Shown one piece after another: positions 30,117 to 40,273 of a DNA stretch of 64,000 nt. Made by a program: the position numbers and the translations under genes. The number at the start of each line of letters is the position of its first letter. Position 1 is the stretch's first letter. The stretch comes from Candidatus Sungiibacteriota bacterium (GTDB lineage Bacteria > Patescibacteriota > Minisyncoccia > Sungbacterales > SURF-37), in assembly GCA_016186145.1 (NCBI GenBank), contig JACPMF010000009.1:17505-81504 (forward strand), read 5' to 3'. The notes beneath the pieces are model-generated. The model ran no database searches. It was given only the letters and a program-made list of their open reading frames with translations, and was not told the DNA's origin.

Positions 30117-30240
30117 TTCATCCCGTTAGAAGCAGATCGCGATCAAACAGTTGTCTTCTGCGTAGATTTTATTCATTTCTACTATTGTAAGGTATTAGCC
30201 TTTTAAAATTCGGTAGCGATCGCGGCTTCTAACGGGATTC
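30117..30240. mobile_element. MITE-like hairpin element, copy C (ttcatcccgttagaagc ... gcttctaacgggattc)
   Basis: Termini and subterminal gatcgcgatc match copy F in inverse orientation; TGAA/ATGAA duplication at the insertion point, which lies inside another repeat (gggtgctgaa^ttttatag). Confidence 0.55.
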
Positions 30241-30242
30241 AG

Positions 30243-30391
30243 CACCCAGCACATAAATTTACAGTCGTCGTTTAGGGTATTTCAAGGTTATTTCATCAGC
30301 CCCGTGATTAAAATTATCCGACGGATGTAAATTTATGTGCTGGGTGAAGGTTTTGTAACTAAAATTTCATCGCCTGCGGCTCGAAATTTTA
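30243..30391. repeat. composite 3'-UTR repeat, copy C2 (palindromic core cacccagcacataaatttaca...tgtaaatttatgtgctgggtg + conserved hairpin)
   Basis: Same flanks as copies A and B (hairpin ctaaaatttc...gaaattttag, ttacaaaacc); different self-complementary core; directly after the dcd stop. Confidence 0.5.
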
Positions 30392-31069
30392 GACAAAGCC
30401 CTTCACCTCCCAATCTTTATGCATCTGCGGAATCATCATGTGCGGATTCCATGACTTTTTAACTTCTTCTATCTCTTGGGACAACTGATATTTCCCGCCT
30501 TCCCCAACATAATCCGGCGCTGTCTTCAACGGCTCGACTTCATAAAAAACCATCTGGCCGATTCTCCGGCCAACAACAAGCGGTATGGTAAAATATTGAG
30601 AATTATTGGTAACCTCCATAGTCCAGCGATTGAAATAACCGATATCGCCCCATCCGGCATCTTTGCAAACCTCGACAAAATTCCTGCCAAGCGAAGACCG
30701 GGCATACATTTTGCCGACGACCTTATGCCGGCCGCCGATGAATTCGAGCGTGTGAGCAAGGACGGTCTCCCCAGGCCTTAATAAAATCACTTTTTCGTCG
30801 GGTTTAATGTTTTTGAGCCCAACTCCGGTCCGGCTTGACACACCTTCAGCAAGTTCTGCCTGATACGGACCTGACCAAACGCGCTTGGTGGACTCTTCGT
30901 CGTAAAGATTGTGCAAAGTGGCCCCCCCATCAGGATGTTTTTCTTTCCAATACCAATCGCCGAGCGTAACATCATAGCTCGTTGTCTTAAGTTTCCGCCC
31001 GTCAAAAGGATCAACAACTATCGTCCCTCCTTTAATGTGCCGTAAAATTGCGTCGCGAGATAACAACAT
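30389..31069 (-). CDS. dcd: dCTP deaminase family protein
   Basis: MLLSRDAILRHIKGGTIVVDPF...SYDVTLG N-terminus and G.GDIGY...T.E..N core; longer (226 aa) than canonical Dcd. Confidence 0.7.
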   Translation of the reverse strand: MLLSRDAILRHIKGGTIVVDPFDGRKLKTTSYDVTLGDWYWKEKHPDGGATLHNLYDEESTKRVWSGPYQAELAEGVSSRTGVGLKNIKPDEKVILLRPGETVLAHTLEFIGGRHKVVGKMYARSSLGRNFVEVCKDAGWGDIGYFNRWTMEVTNNSQYFTIPLVVGRRIGQMVFYEVEPLKTAPDYVGEGGKYQLSQEIEEVKKSWNPHMMIPQMHKDWEVKGFV

Positions 31070-31189
31070 ACTATTCTACAAAAAAATATGAACCAATATG
31101 AATATACAAATAACAGATTGTATTCATAATACTTGCCCAACCCCATTTATGCAATTAAACGTGTGAATAAAAAAACAGCCTCGTGGCTG

Positions 31190-31390
31190 TCAATGCTTTT
31201 CCCTTCTTTCACCAAGGTAATCTATCAAAACAAACGCTAACGGCCAGTAAAAGAACATGAAGAGAACCGCTGCGACCTTTGCGTAAACTGTTTGATAACC
31301 ATATGCGCAAATGAGCAGTATCAGCCAAAACATCTTATCCTTTAAAACCGCTTTTTTCAATTGAATCCAGTATCTCCCTAACATTTTCAT
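31190..31390 (-). CDS. small membrane protein
   Basis: 66 aa, two TM helices. Confidence 0.3.
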   Translation of the reverse strand: MKMLGRYWIQLKKAVLKDKMFWLILLICAYGYQTVYAKVAAVLFMFFYWPLAFVLIDYLGERREKH

Positions 31391-31443
31391 TACACACGCC
31401 GCCTTTCCTCTTCACTTAGGTTTCAAAGAATGTTACTAACATA

Positions 31444-32070
31444 TCATACCCCCAAAATCTCGTCAAGTTCTTTTTTGGTAATAACGCCGGAACGTAAAAT
31501 TATCGGATTATCGCGTGTGAAATCAACCACCGTCGACGGTCCTTTAGGCAACTCCCCGCCATCGATAATCAGACCTACTACGCTTTCTTTCCCCAACCCG
31601 CCCGCCGCCTCAACAGAGCGCATCGGTTCTCCTCCGGAAATATTTGCTGACGTTTGAACAAGCGGAAAATCCAAGCGCTGAAGAAGTTCCAAAAGAAACT
31701 GGTGATTCGGAATCCTAATACCGATCGTGTCTTTGCCGCCGGTAAGAACCCCCGGCAGCTTTTCTTTATGATGGAACACAACGGTTACCGGACCGGGCCA
31801 GACCTTCTCAAGAAAACGGGCTTTCCGATCGTCGATATAGGCAAATTTCCGTGCGGTCGCAATGTCTTTCACAAAAATCGGAAATGCTTTTTCCGAAACG
31901 CGCTTTTTTATTTTAAAAATTTTCCGGATTGTCTCCGGATTGGTCGCATCGCCATAAATCCCGTAAACCGTATCCGAAGGCCCGATAATGACCCCCCCTT
32001 TTTTTAAAACCTTCTCTGCGGCCGCAAAAACTTCATTTTTAGGCCCATCGTCAAATTTGATGACTTTCAT
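31444..32070 (-). CDS. tsaC: L-threonylcarbamoyladenylate synthase (YrdC/Sua5 family)
   Basis: VYGIYGDATNPETIRKIFKIKKR...PGPVTVVF fits the YrdC fold. Confidence 0.8.
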   Translation of the reverse strand: MKVIKFDDGPKNEVFAAAEKVLKKGGVIIGPSDTVYGIYGDATNPETIRKIFKIKKRVSEKAFPIFVKDIATARKFAYIDDRKARFLEKVWPGPVTVVFHHKEKLPGVLTGGKDTIGIRIPNHQFLLELLQRLDFPLVQTSANISGGEPMRSVEAAGGLGKESVVGLIIDGGELPKGPSTVVDFTRDNPIILRSGVITKKELDEILGV

Positions 32071-32129
32071 ATCAAATCCGCGCAGGTACTATTCTCATAT
32101 TCTTAAGAATATGAGAATAGTACCGTTAC

Positions 32130-33101
32130 TTACAAAAGCCCCGCCAGGACTTTCGCAAGACGCGCAGGATCATGACGAACAAATCCGCTTTTTCTTACAA
32201 AGTCCCCGGTTATCGCAACCGGCTTCTTTTGAAAATTCCCGCCGAGCCCCACGACCTGTTTTCCTTCTCGCGCATATTCTTTCAAGCGTTCCGGTGACGG
32301 TTTTTTCGTATTAATAACAGCAAAATCAAGAACGCCTTTTCCAAGATACTTTTCAATTGCGTCCAGAAAATCGCGGGCAGTAAAATCGGTTGTCTCGCCC
32401 AACTTGGTCATCGTATTCACTACAAACACCTTCGTGCCCTTTGCCTCACGAATCGCGCGGCCAACCCCGCGAACGAGGAGGTTCGGAATAATACTCGTAA
32501 AAAGGTCGCCGGGGCCGAGTATAATCAGATCCGCTTCCCTGATTACAGAAATGGCTTTTGGGTTTCCCGAAGCATGCGGTTTTAAAAAAACCTTTTTTAT
32601 TTTCAGCGACGAATCATGTTTCGGGATATCAATATTCGTCTCGCCTTTAACGATTGCCCCGTCTTCGAGTTCCGCGCGAAGCTCTACATTATCAAGGGTC
32701 ACGGGAATAACCCGACCCTGGACGTTAAGAATCCGGCCCGCTTCTTCAACCGCATCTTCAAAACTTCCCGTGAGACGCTCGAGAGCCGTCAACATAATAT
32801 TGCCAAATGCATGCCCGCGAAAACCGCCTTCACGGAAACGATAATTAAAAAGATCGGACAGCAACTTGTTGTCAGTCCGCGCGAGTGCTACCATCGCCCG
32901 CCGCAAGTCGCCGGGCGGGAGAATTCCAAATTCCTCGCGAAGAACACCGGTTGAACCGCCATCGTCGGCCATAGAAATAACCGCTGAAAGCTCAACAGGA
33001 TACTTTTTGAGGCCGGAGAGAACAGTAAAAACGCCGGTTCCCCCGCCGATCACTACGACCTTCTTGGGATTTTTAATTTTCGATTTGTGGATTCGTCGCA
33101 T
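32130..33101 (-). CDS. YvcK/CofD-like gluconeogenesis factor family protein (UPF0052)
   Basis: VVVIGGGTGVFTVLSGLK...MADDGGSTG signature. Confidence 0.75.
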   Translation of the reverse strand: MRRIHKSKIKNPKKVVVIGGGTGVFTVLSGLKKYPVELSAVISMADDGGSTGVLREEFGILPPGDLRRAMVALARTDNKLLSDLFNYRFREGGFRGHAFGNIMLTALERLTGSFEDAVEEAGRILNVQGRVIPVTLDNVELRAELEDGAIVKGETNIDIPKHDSSLKIKKVFLKPHASGNPKAISVIREADLIILGPGDLFTSIIPNLLVRGVGRAIREAKGTKVFVVNTMTKLGETTDFTARDFLDAIEKYLGKGVLDFAVINTKKPSPERLKEYAREGKQVVGLGGNFQKKPVAITGDFVRKSGFVRHDPARLAKVLAGLL

Positions 33102-33299
33102 TTATTAGCCCGCTATGGAAATACAAAATTTTCGAATTATGAATAAGGAGTTAGGAATAAAAAACACCTTTCGTAGCCATAATCCACAATTCTTGATTCA
33201 TGGTTCTGCTCCTTAATATTACCCCTTTCCACCCTTACTCGTTTGTGCTACATCTGAATAACCTTATTTCAGCCGCACCTTAAAAAGGAGAAACCGACA

Positions 33300-33992
33300 A
33301 TGGAACGGGTACCGAACGCGCGCTGGTGGCAAGTAAAACATGCCTGGCTCTATACCCGATTGCGAATGGAGGGACTCGAGGGTCCGCAATTTGTTGACAA
33401 CATGAATACCTATGTAGATCCCGACGTCCTTATCGGCGCCGGGACGGTTGTGGAGCCAAACGTCTGGATTAAAGGAAACACGGTCATCGGCAAAAATTGC
33501 CGCATCGGTTTTGGATCGGTCATTATTGACTCCGAACTCGAAAACGACGTGGTTATCTGCGGCGCGCGGATTGAACAATGCTATATCTGCCACCACGCAG
33601 AAATCGGATATACCGCCCAGATGAAACGAACCCGCTTCGGCGCGCGTTCAAAAATGGTTCACCGCGGCTACCTCGGAGACGCGACTGTGGGTGAAGGCGT
33701 AAACATCGGCGCAGACGTCACCACCGCGAACTACGATGGCGCGAATAAGCATAAAACCGTGATCGGCGATAACGCTTTTATCGGAACCGGCGTTAACCTT
33801 GTAGCACCCATTGAAATTCCGACAGGCATGATGATCGCATCCGGCTCAACGGTCACAACGAAAGACCCAAAAGAGCCAGGGCGGCTTCTGGTCGCCCGCG
33901 CTCCAGGGCGGCTCTCACAGTCAAAACGGGTGGTAAAAGACGAACGAGGCTGGCTGCTTAAAAATATAGAAGAGGAGGACCAGCTGGAATGA
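33300..33992 (+). CDS. left-handed beta-helix acetyltransferase domain protein (GlmU C-terminal-like)
   Basis: Hexapeptide repeats; NYDGANKHKTVIGDNAFIGTGVNLVAPIEI matches the GlmU acetyltransferase core. No uridyltransferase domain. AAAGGAG RBS. Confidence 0.65.
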   Translation: MERVPNARWWQVKHAWLYTRLRMEGLEGPQFVDNMNTYVDPDVLIGAGTVVEPNVWIKGNTVIGKNCRIGFGSVIIDSELENDVVICGARIEQCYICHHAEIGYTAQMKRTRFGARSKMVHRGYLGDATVGEGVNIGADVTTANYDGANKHKTVIGDNAFIGTGVNLVAPIEIPTGMMIASGSTVTTKDPKEPGRLLVARAPGRLSQSKRVVKDERGWLLKNIEEEDQLE

Positions 33993-34043
33993 GAAGGTTT
34001 TCATCAGCGCTTTTCTCCGTGCAAATCAAATTGAAAAGCCCTA

Positions 34044-34310
34044 CTAGTTAGGGCTCTTTTCTTTTTCTTCCGTAGACGGCGGCATCGCGCGGTATGCCGC
34101 GGCAATTGCTCTCGTTAGGCCGGGACAGGCGGACGAAGCACCACCGCTAGTACAAAGCCGAACAAAATTACGCATTGGCCACGTGCCTTCTTCACCGACG
34201 CCAACATACCATTCGCCGTTGCCGCCCTGAAAAATAATCAATTCGTTTCGATGCTTTTCGTCCCGGTCGTCGGTAAGATACCGCCGCAATTCTTGCATCT
34301 CCGATTCCAT
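34044..34310 (-). CDS. hypothetical protein
   Basis: 88 aa, no recognisable motif. Confidence 0.3.
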   Translation of the reverse strand: MESEMQELRRYLTDDRDEKHRNELIIFQGGNGEWYVGVGEEGTWPMRNFVRLCTSGGASSACPGLTRAIAAAYRAMPPSTEEKEKSPN

Positions 34311-34564
34311 TACAAATAAATAGGCGGATGGTTAATCATTGGGAAGATCAGGAGAACCAAGGCGGTTCCTGCGTGGAAATACGCTAAAAACATGGCCAAC
34401 ACAAGCACAAATGCCGCAAACTCCTCTACAACCTTCCTGACCCCGTAAAGACACTGCATTTTTCTTTCACGGCGATCAGCCAAATCTGTGAGTTTAACAA
34501 GTAAAAGAAGTCCTACCACAAACACTACGGCGTCAACAACGAAAGAAAGGTAAGTTACTTGCAT
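34310..34564 (-). CDS. small membrane protein
   Basis: 84 aa, 2-3 TM helices. Confidence 0.35.
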   Translation of the reverse strand: MQVTYLSFVVDAVVFVVGLLLLVKLTDLADRRERKMQCLYGVRKVVEEFAAFVLVLAMFLAYFHAGTALVLLIFPMINHPPIYL

Positions 34565-34605
34565 CGCTCACCCCCTTCTCTAAATTTAAAGAACGCAAAG
34601 ATATT

Positions 34606-36447
34606 TTATTCTACTGTCACAGATTTAGCAAGATTTCTTGGCTTGTCTACATCGTAACCCCTTAACACTCCGAAGTGATACGCAAAAAGCTGAAGCGGGA
34701 TGACCGCCAAAAGCGGCGTCAGCATTTCAAGAGTTTTTGGGATATAGATTACATCATCGGCAATATCTCGAATTTTCTCGTCTCCCTCGGTAGCAACCGC
34801 AATCACCGGACCCTTGCGGGCCCGCACTTCCTCTATATTTGAAATCATTTTTTCATAAACCGAATCCTGCGGTGCGATAAACACCGACGGCAGATTCTGA
34901 TCAATCATCGCAATCGGCCCATGCTTCAACTCACCGGCACCATACCCTTCGGCGTGAACATAAGAAATTTCTTTCAACTTCAATGCCCCTTCGTACGCGA
35001 CCGGCAAATTGTACTTCCTCCCAAGGTACAAAAAGTTATCATATTTTTGATACTTTACCGCAAGCCGCCGGATAACATCGTTTTGTAAAAGAATTTTTCG
35101 CATGAAATCGGGAATTTTTTTAAGCTCGCCCGCAATCCGCTCACCCGTAACCAAAGACATTTCCCGCTGACGGCCAAGGAGAAGAGTAAACAGGGCAAGT
35201 ATCGCAACCTGCGAAGTAAACGCTTTAGTTGATGCAACCCCGATTTCAGGACCAACATGCTGGTATACGCCGGCGTCAGTATCGCGCGCAATGGTTGAGC
35301 CGACAACATTCACAATACCAAGCGTCGGCACGCCTTTTTCTCTTGCCTCGCGAAGCGCTGCCAACGTATCTGCGGTCTCACCAGACTGCGAAATCGCAAG
35401 CATGATATCGCCTTCGCGGAAAACCGGCTTCCGATAGCGGAACTCCGAAGCAAGGTCAACTTCAACCGGAATACCGGCGTATTCTTCGAGCATGTACTCG
35501 CCGACGCGGCCGGCAAGATATGCCGTGCCGCACCCGGAGATCAAAATACGTTTTGCATTTTTTACCTGTGGGATTACTTCAGCAAGCCCGCCAAGCTTCG
35601 CACGGCCTTCTTCCGGAACCAACCGCCCGCGTATCGAGTTCTCGATGGCATGCGGTTCCTCAAAAATCTCTTTCAGCATGAAATGCGGATACCCTCCTTT
35701 CTGCGCCTCTTCCGGAGACCACTCAACTTTATGAAACTTCTTTTCAAGAAGATTCCTTTTAAGATCAAAAATACGATGGTTTGCCGGAGTCAGCACCGCC
35801 ATTTCGCCGTCATCAAGATAGATGACATCCTTGGTATGCTTTAACACTGCCGAGGCGTCGGAAGCAATAAAATATTCACCCTCGCCGATTCCAATAAGAA
35901 GCGGTGAAAAGTTGCGCGCGGCAATAAGTTTTTCCGGCTCCCTGCGGTCAATAACGGCAAGACCATATGTTCCCCGCACAGTCAGAAGCGAAAGGCGCAC
36001 AGCCTCCGCAATATCGAGCTCTTTGTTTTTGTTTCTAAATTCTTCAATAAGATGAGCAATCGTTTCAGTGTCCGTTTCCGAGCGGAAAACATGGCCCATT
36101 TTTTTTAATTCCCCCTTAAGGTCCTTATAGTTTTCAATAATGCCGTTATGGACAAGCCAGATGTCGCCGGAACAATCCCGATGCGGATGAGCGTTCGTTT
36201 CTGTCACCCCGCCATGAGTAGCCCAACGGGAATGCACAATGCCGGCAGAACCGGCAAATTCCTTACCATGAACTTTTTCTTGCAAAACAGCAACCTTGCC
36301 GACTGCCTTTTCGCTCCTGACGTTGCCGCTTTTCGTAACAACCGCAAAGCCCGCCGAGTCATAACCCCGGTATTCGAGATTTTTTATGCCATCCATCAGA
36401 ATAGGTAGGGCCTTTTGTCTGCCGATGTAACCGACAATTCCACACAT
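34606..36447 (-). CDS. glmS: glutamine--fructose-6-phosphate aminotransferase
   Basis: N-terminal MCGIVGYIG (Ntn Cys), two SIS domains, C-terminal ...KSVTVE. Confidence 0.93.
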   Translation of the reverse strand: MCGIVGYIGRQKALPILMDGIKNLEYRGYDSAGFAVVTKSGNVRSEKAVGKVAVLQEKVHGKEFAGSAGIVHSRWATHGGVTETNAHPHRDCSGDIWLVHNGIIENYKDLKGELKKMGHVFRSETDTETIAHLIEEFRNKNKELDIAEAVRLSLLTVRGTYGLAVIDRREPEKLIAARNFSPLLIGIGEGEYFIASDASAVLKHTKDVIYLDDGEMAVLTPANHRIFDLKRNLLEKKFHKVEWSPEEAQKGGYPHFMLKEIFEEPHAIENSIRGRLVPEEGRAKLGGLAEVIPQVKNAKRILISGCGTAYLAGRVGEYMLEEYAGIPVEVDLASEFRYRKPVFREGDIMLAISQSGETADTLAALREAREKGVPTLGIVNVVGSTIARDTDAGVYQHVGPEIGVASTKAFTSQVAILALFTLLLGRQREMSLVTGERIAGELKKIPDFMRKILLQNDVIRRLAVKYQKYDNFLYLGRKYNLPVAYEGALKLKEISYVHAEGYGAGELKHGPIAMIDQNLPSVFIAPQDSVYEKMISNIEEVRARKGPVIAVATEGDEKIRDIADDVIYIPKTLEMLTPLLAVIPLQLFAYHFGVLRGYDVDKPRNLAKSVTVE

Positions 36448-36902
36448 GGTTTACTTCTTAATACCGGATATGCGGAGATTTGTTTTCAAAATCAGCCCCG
36501 AAAATAATTTGCTTGAAATGTATCCCTTCTCGGTTCTTATTAAAAAACCGCGGTTACCCGCGGACAACACTGTTAAATTTGTACCCCCGTAGTCTTGTAG
36601 GATAAACGATCTTATCTGTAAAAATATTTTTTACCATGGCGTCACCGCCAATTGTACAGGCATCACCCACCCAGCTATCAGCTTCTGCCAACGCGCGTCT
36701 CCTAGTCCTCAATTCCCTATCGCGTACGAAACCAGAGCCATGACCACTAGTATAAACAGCATACCAGCGACCAGTGCAAAAATTTAGAACGCGCCTTAAA
36801 AATTCCATGATTTCCTCCCTTTTGAGAATAAAAGAACTAACTAGAAAATATGTTAACCAAAAATAGCATATATAAGTTTTTTGTCAATTAAAAAACGAGG
36901 CC

Positions 36903-37442
36903 TTAGTCGGCCTCTTTCTTTTTAATATTCGCGGGATTCTTTCTCATCAATACGCAAAACCATCCTTCGGCAACATTTTCATATCTTTGATTTTCAGTGA
37001 AGAACTCAAATCTCACAATACCTTTATCCGGATATTTTTTTGATTCTTTCGTCTCGGTAATATGCAAATAATGCTTAACCCTATCACCCGGACGCACCGG
37101 CAAAATAAATTTTACATACTTCTCGAGAAGGGCTTCAAGAGTTCCATGCCAAAAATCAACGGTGTGGAGCGCGCCAAAAAGCGTGTTCACTACGAGTTCG
37201 CCGTGAACAGCTAACCCGCCGAGAACCGTGGTGGCCGCGAAACTATTATTAAAATGAAGTGGATTGAAATCCCCCGTGGCAAGAGCAAAACGATCTATAT
37301 CGCACCCGTCAATCCAAATCCAAGGCAAAGAATTAAAGCGCATACTTTTGTGGAAATCATCAAAGTATAGCGGCCGTCTAAAAATTTCGTTATTTACTGC
37401 GTCAACCCATCCGATCCTCATGATCCGACCCCAAACTCCCAA
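36903..37442 (-). CDS. MaoC-like (hot-dog fold) dehydratase
   Basis: ATGDFNPLH...GGLAVHG motif. Confidence 0.6.
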   Translation of the reverse strand: MGVWGRIMRIGWVDAVNNEIFRRPLYFDDFHKSMRFNSLPWIWIDGCDIDRFALATGDFNPLHFNNSFAATTVLGGLAVHGELVVNTLFGALHTVDFWHGTLEALLEKYVKFILPVRPGDRVKHYLHITETKESKKYPDKGIVRFEFFTENQRYENVAEGWFCVLMRKNPANIKKKEAD

Positions 37443-37610
37443 AAAGCAGGCTCTTCCTCGTTTCTCTGTCGCCGTTTCAAAAAAGCCGATGCTGCAACAA
37501 ACCCCGCAAGCACCCCAAACAAAAACAACATGCTTTTGTTCACGATATGCCCCCTCCGGTTTTCAACGAACCAGTACTTTTACTATATACTTCGGCAAAA
37601 AGAGATCAAA

Positions 37611-40073
37611 CTACACGACAAAATTAATAAGCTTATTTTTCACAAAAATAACCTTTCTGGGGACACCGGGCACATAGCGCTTTACCGCTTCGTTACTTAA
37701 AGCGGCGGCACGCGCATCTTCTTCGGTAATCCCCGCCCTTACTTCAACTGTTGCGCGCACTTTCCCGTTAACTTGTACAATAAGCGCGAAAAAATCTTCA
37801 GTAAGAAACTTTTTATCAAACTTTGGCCACAAAGAGGTGTGCACGCTTTTTTTATTGCCAAGCGCATACCACAATTCCTCGGTAATGTGCGGCGCGAAGG
37901 GGGCGAGAAGTTTCAGGAAAATTTCTTTTTCTTGGCGTCCGGCGCTGTCACTATGAGCCTCAAATTCATTCAAAAGCACCATCAAGGCGGAGATGGCGGT
38001 ATTGTATTGTAAATTTTCGATGTCTTCGGTAACTTTTTTTATCGTTTGATGCAAGATTTTTTGAGTTTGCGGTTTCGGGTTTTGCGTTTTTTTAGAATTC
38101 AGGGATTTGGTTTTAGAGCCTTGAGCGGCGTAATCATCAACAAACTTCCAAACGCGCTCTAAGAATCTTGTAACTCCCCTAATTCCAGTATCCCGGAAAT
38201 CTCCTCCTTGTTCAAAAGGTCCCAAGAACATTAAATACATCCGCAAAGCATCTGCGCCGTAGGAATGGATATATTCATCAGGGTTCACCACATTGCCGCG
38301 GGATTTGGACATCTTCGCGCCGTCTTTTGTAATGTGGCCATGCGCGCGAAACATCTTGAACGGCTCATCAAAACCAATAATGCCGAAGTCGTAAAAAACC
38401 ATAGTGATAAACCGCGTATAGAGAAGGTGCAATACCGCATGCTCAAATCCGCCCATGTAGCGATCCACCGGCAGCCATTTTTTTACCCTAAGCCTGTCGA
38501 AGGGCTTGCTTTTGTTTCCAACATCGATGTACCGGTAGTAGTACCATGCGGAATCAAGAAACGTATCTGAAACATCGGTCTCTCTCCTTGCCCACTCGCT
38601 GCAACGCGGACATTTTACCCGATAAAACGACTCGACACTCGCAAGCGGAGATTGGCTGGTTCCGGTCGGACGGAATTCTTTAACAAACGGCAGAAGTACC
38701 GGCAGATCTTTTTCAGCAACAGCATACCAGCCGGGCATTTCTTTTTGCTCGCCGCGCCCCGCACGCCGGCATGATTCGCAAAAAATCATCGGGATCGGCG
38801 GCCCCCAATAGCGCTGTCGTGAAATAAGCCAGTCCCGGAGACGGAACTGGGTTTTAAACTTTGCCTTCAAACTTTCGGCAATCATCCGCCGGGCCTCCTG
38901 GCTCTTAAAACCATTCGCCCATCCGGAATTCAAAAGTTTTCCTTCGCCGGTATACGCAGAATGCAAGGGCGCATGCGATTCGCCGTCGTCGGATATGACT
39001 TCGCGAACGGGCAGATTGAATTTTTTTGCAAACTCGAAGTCGCGCTCATCATGGGCCGGAACCGCCATGATCGCACCGGTGCCGACGCCGGAAAGCACAT
39101 AATCCGCCACCCAAACCGGTATCTTTTCGCCGTTTGCGGGATTGACGGCGAAAGATCCCGTAAATACTCCGGTCTTTATCTTCTTTGCGTCCAGCCGTTC
39201 CGCTTCGCTTCTCTTTGCCGCCTCCGCGATATATGCCTCAACTGCATCTTTTCGTTCTTTACCCAAAAACTCCGGTACCAACGGATGCTCCGGCGCAAGA
39301 ACCAGATATGTCGCTCCGAAGACGGTGTCCGCCCTCGTCGTAAACACTTCGATCTGAAGCTTAGAGCCTGAAACTTGAAATTTAACTAATGCTCCCTCTG
39401 ATTTTCCAATCCAGTTCTTTTGAGCAATCTTTACCTTCTCCGACCAGTCAATTTTTTCCAGATTCTTAAGCAGGCGTTCGGCGTAATCCGTTATCTTAAA
39501 AAACCACTGCTCAAGTTCTTTCTTTACCACCGTCGTACCGCACCGCTCGCACTCTCCGGCGATGACTTGCTCGTCGGCAAGAACGGTGAGGCATTGCGGA
39601 CACCAGTTCACCAGGGCTTTTTTGCGATACGCAAGGCCGCGCTTAAACATCCTAATAAAGACCCACTGAGTCCAACGGTAGTATTCGGAATCATATGTTT
39701 CTAGGCGTTCTTTCCAGGCAAAACCGGAGCCAATGCCGGCAATCTGCTTATAAAATCTTTTTTCGGTAATTTTTGAAAGCAGCATCGGGTGTTTGCCGAT
39801 TTTCAACGCATAGTTTTCGGAATGAATTCCAAAACCGTCAAGGCCGATAGGCTGAAAAACATCATACCTCTGCATGCGCTTGAGGCGTCCAAAAATATCG
39901 CATCCCACCATGTCATACATATTGCCGACATGCAGCCCCTCCGCGGACGGGTAAGGAAACATCGTTAGGTTATAAAATGGTTTTTTGGCACGCTTTAAAT
40001 CGGGCTCATAAACCCCTTCTTGCAACCATTTTTTTTGCCATTTCGCCTCAATTTTTTTATGGTTGTATTTCAT
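37611..40073 (-). CDS. leuS: leucine--tRNA ligase
   Basis: 820 aa; class I KMSKS (KMSKSRGN), CP1 editing domain, LeuS-specific N-terminus (P.PS..LHVGN). Confidence 0.93.
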   Translation of the reverse strand: MKYNHKKIEAKWQKKWLQEGVYEPDLKRAKKPFYNLTMFPYPSAEGLHVGNMYDMVGCDIFGRLKRMQRYDVFQPIGLDGFGIHSENYALKIGKHPMLLSKITEKRFYKQIAGIGSGFAWKERLETYDSEYYRWTQWVFIRMFKRGLAYRKKALVNWCPQCLTVLADEQVIAGECERCGTTVVKKELEQWFFKITDYAERLLKNLEKIDWSEKVKIAQKNWIGKSEGALVKFQVSGSKLQIEVFTTRADTVFGATYLVLAPEHPLVPEFLGKERKDAVEAYIAEAAKRSEAERLDAKKIKTGVFTGSFAVNPANGEKIPVWVADYVLSGVGTGAIMAVPAHDERDFEFAKKFNLPVREVISDDGESHAPLHSAYTGEGKLLNSGWANGFKSQEARRMIAESLKAKFKTQFRLRDWLISRQRYWGPPIPMIFCESCRRAGRGEQKEMPGWYAVAEKDLPVLLPFVKEFRPTGTSQSPLASVESFYRVKCPRCSEWARRETDVSDTFLDSAWYYYRYIDVGNKSKPFDRLRVKKWLPVDRYMGGFEHAVLHLLYTRFITMVFYDFGIIGFDEPFKMFRAHGHITKDGAKMSKSRGNVVNPDEYIHSYGADALRMYLMFLGPFEQGGDFRDTGIRGVTRFLERVWKFVDDYAAQGSKTKSLNSKKTQNPKPQTQKILHQTIKKVTEDIENLQYNTAISALMVLLNEFEAHSDSAGRQEKEIFLKLLAPFAPHITEELWYALGNKKSVHTSLWPKFDKKFLTEDFFALIVQVNGKVRATVEVRAGITEEDARAAALSNEAVKRYVPGVPRKVIFVKNKLINFVV

Positions 40074-40273
40074 AAGCGCTCTTCACTATATAAGCATTGG
40101 CCAATTTTTAATTCAAGGCATTTACATGCTTTACTTTTGTCATCTATGTTTGTGCCAAATAAACCCTATAGGATTTATTTAACGGTTTTGGTTGATTGCG
40201 TGATATATGCCTAACACCAATTTGACTTCTTGCTACACTATTTGTATAGTAATGCCGCAGATCATTTATAAAA

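Noticed and set aside
37611-40073. Non-canonical HIGH motif in LeuS (LHVGN instead of HMGH) as a functional anomaly
   Set aside because: Second-His substitutions occur in some class I synthetases and the rest of the enzyme, including KMSKS, is intact; more likely lineage-specific variation than a pseudo-enzyme.
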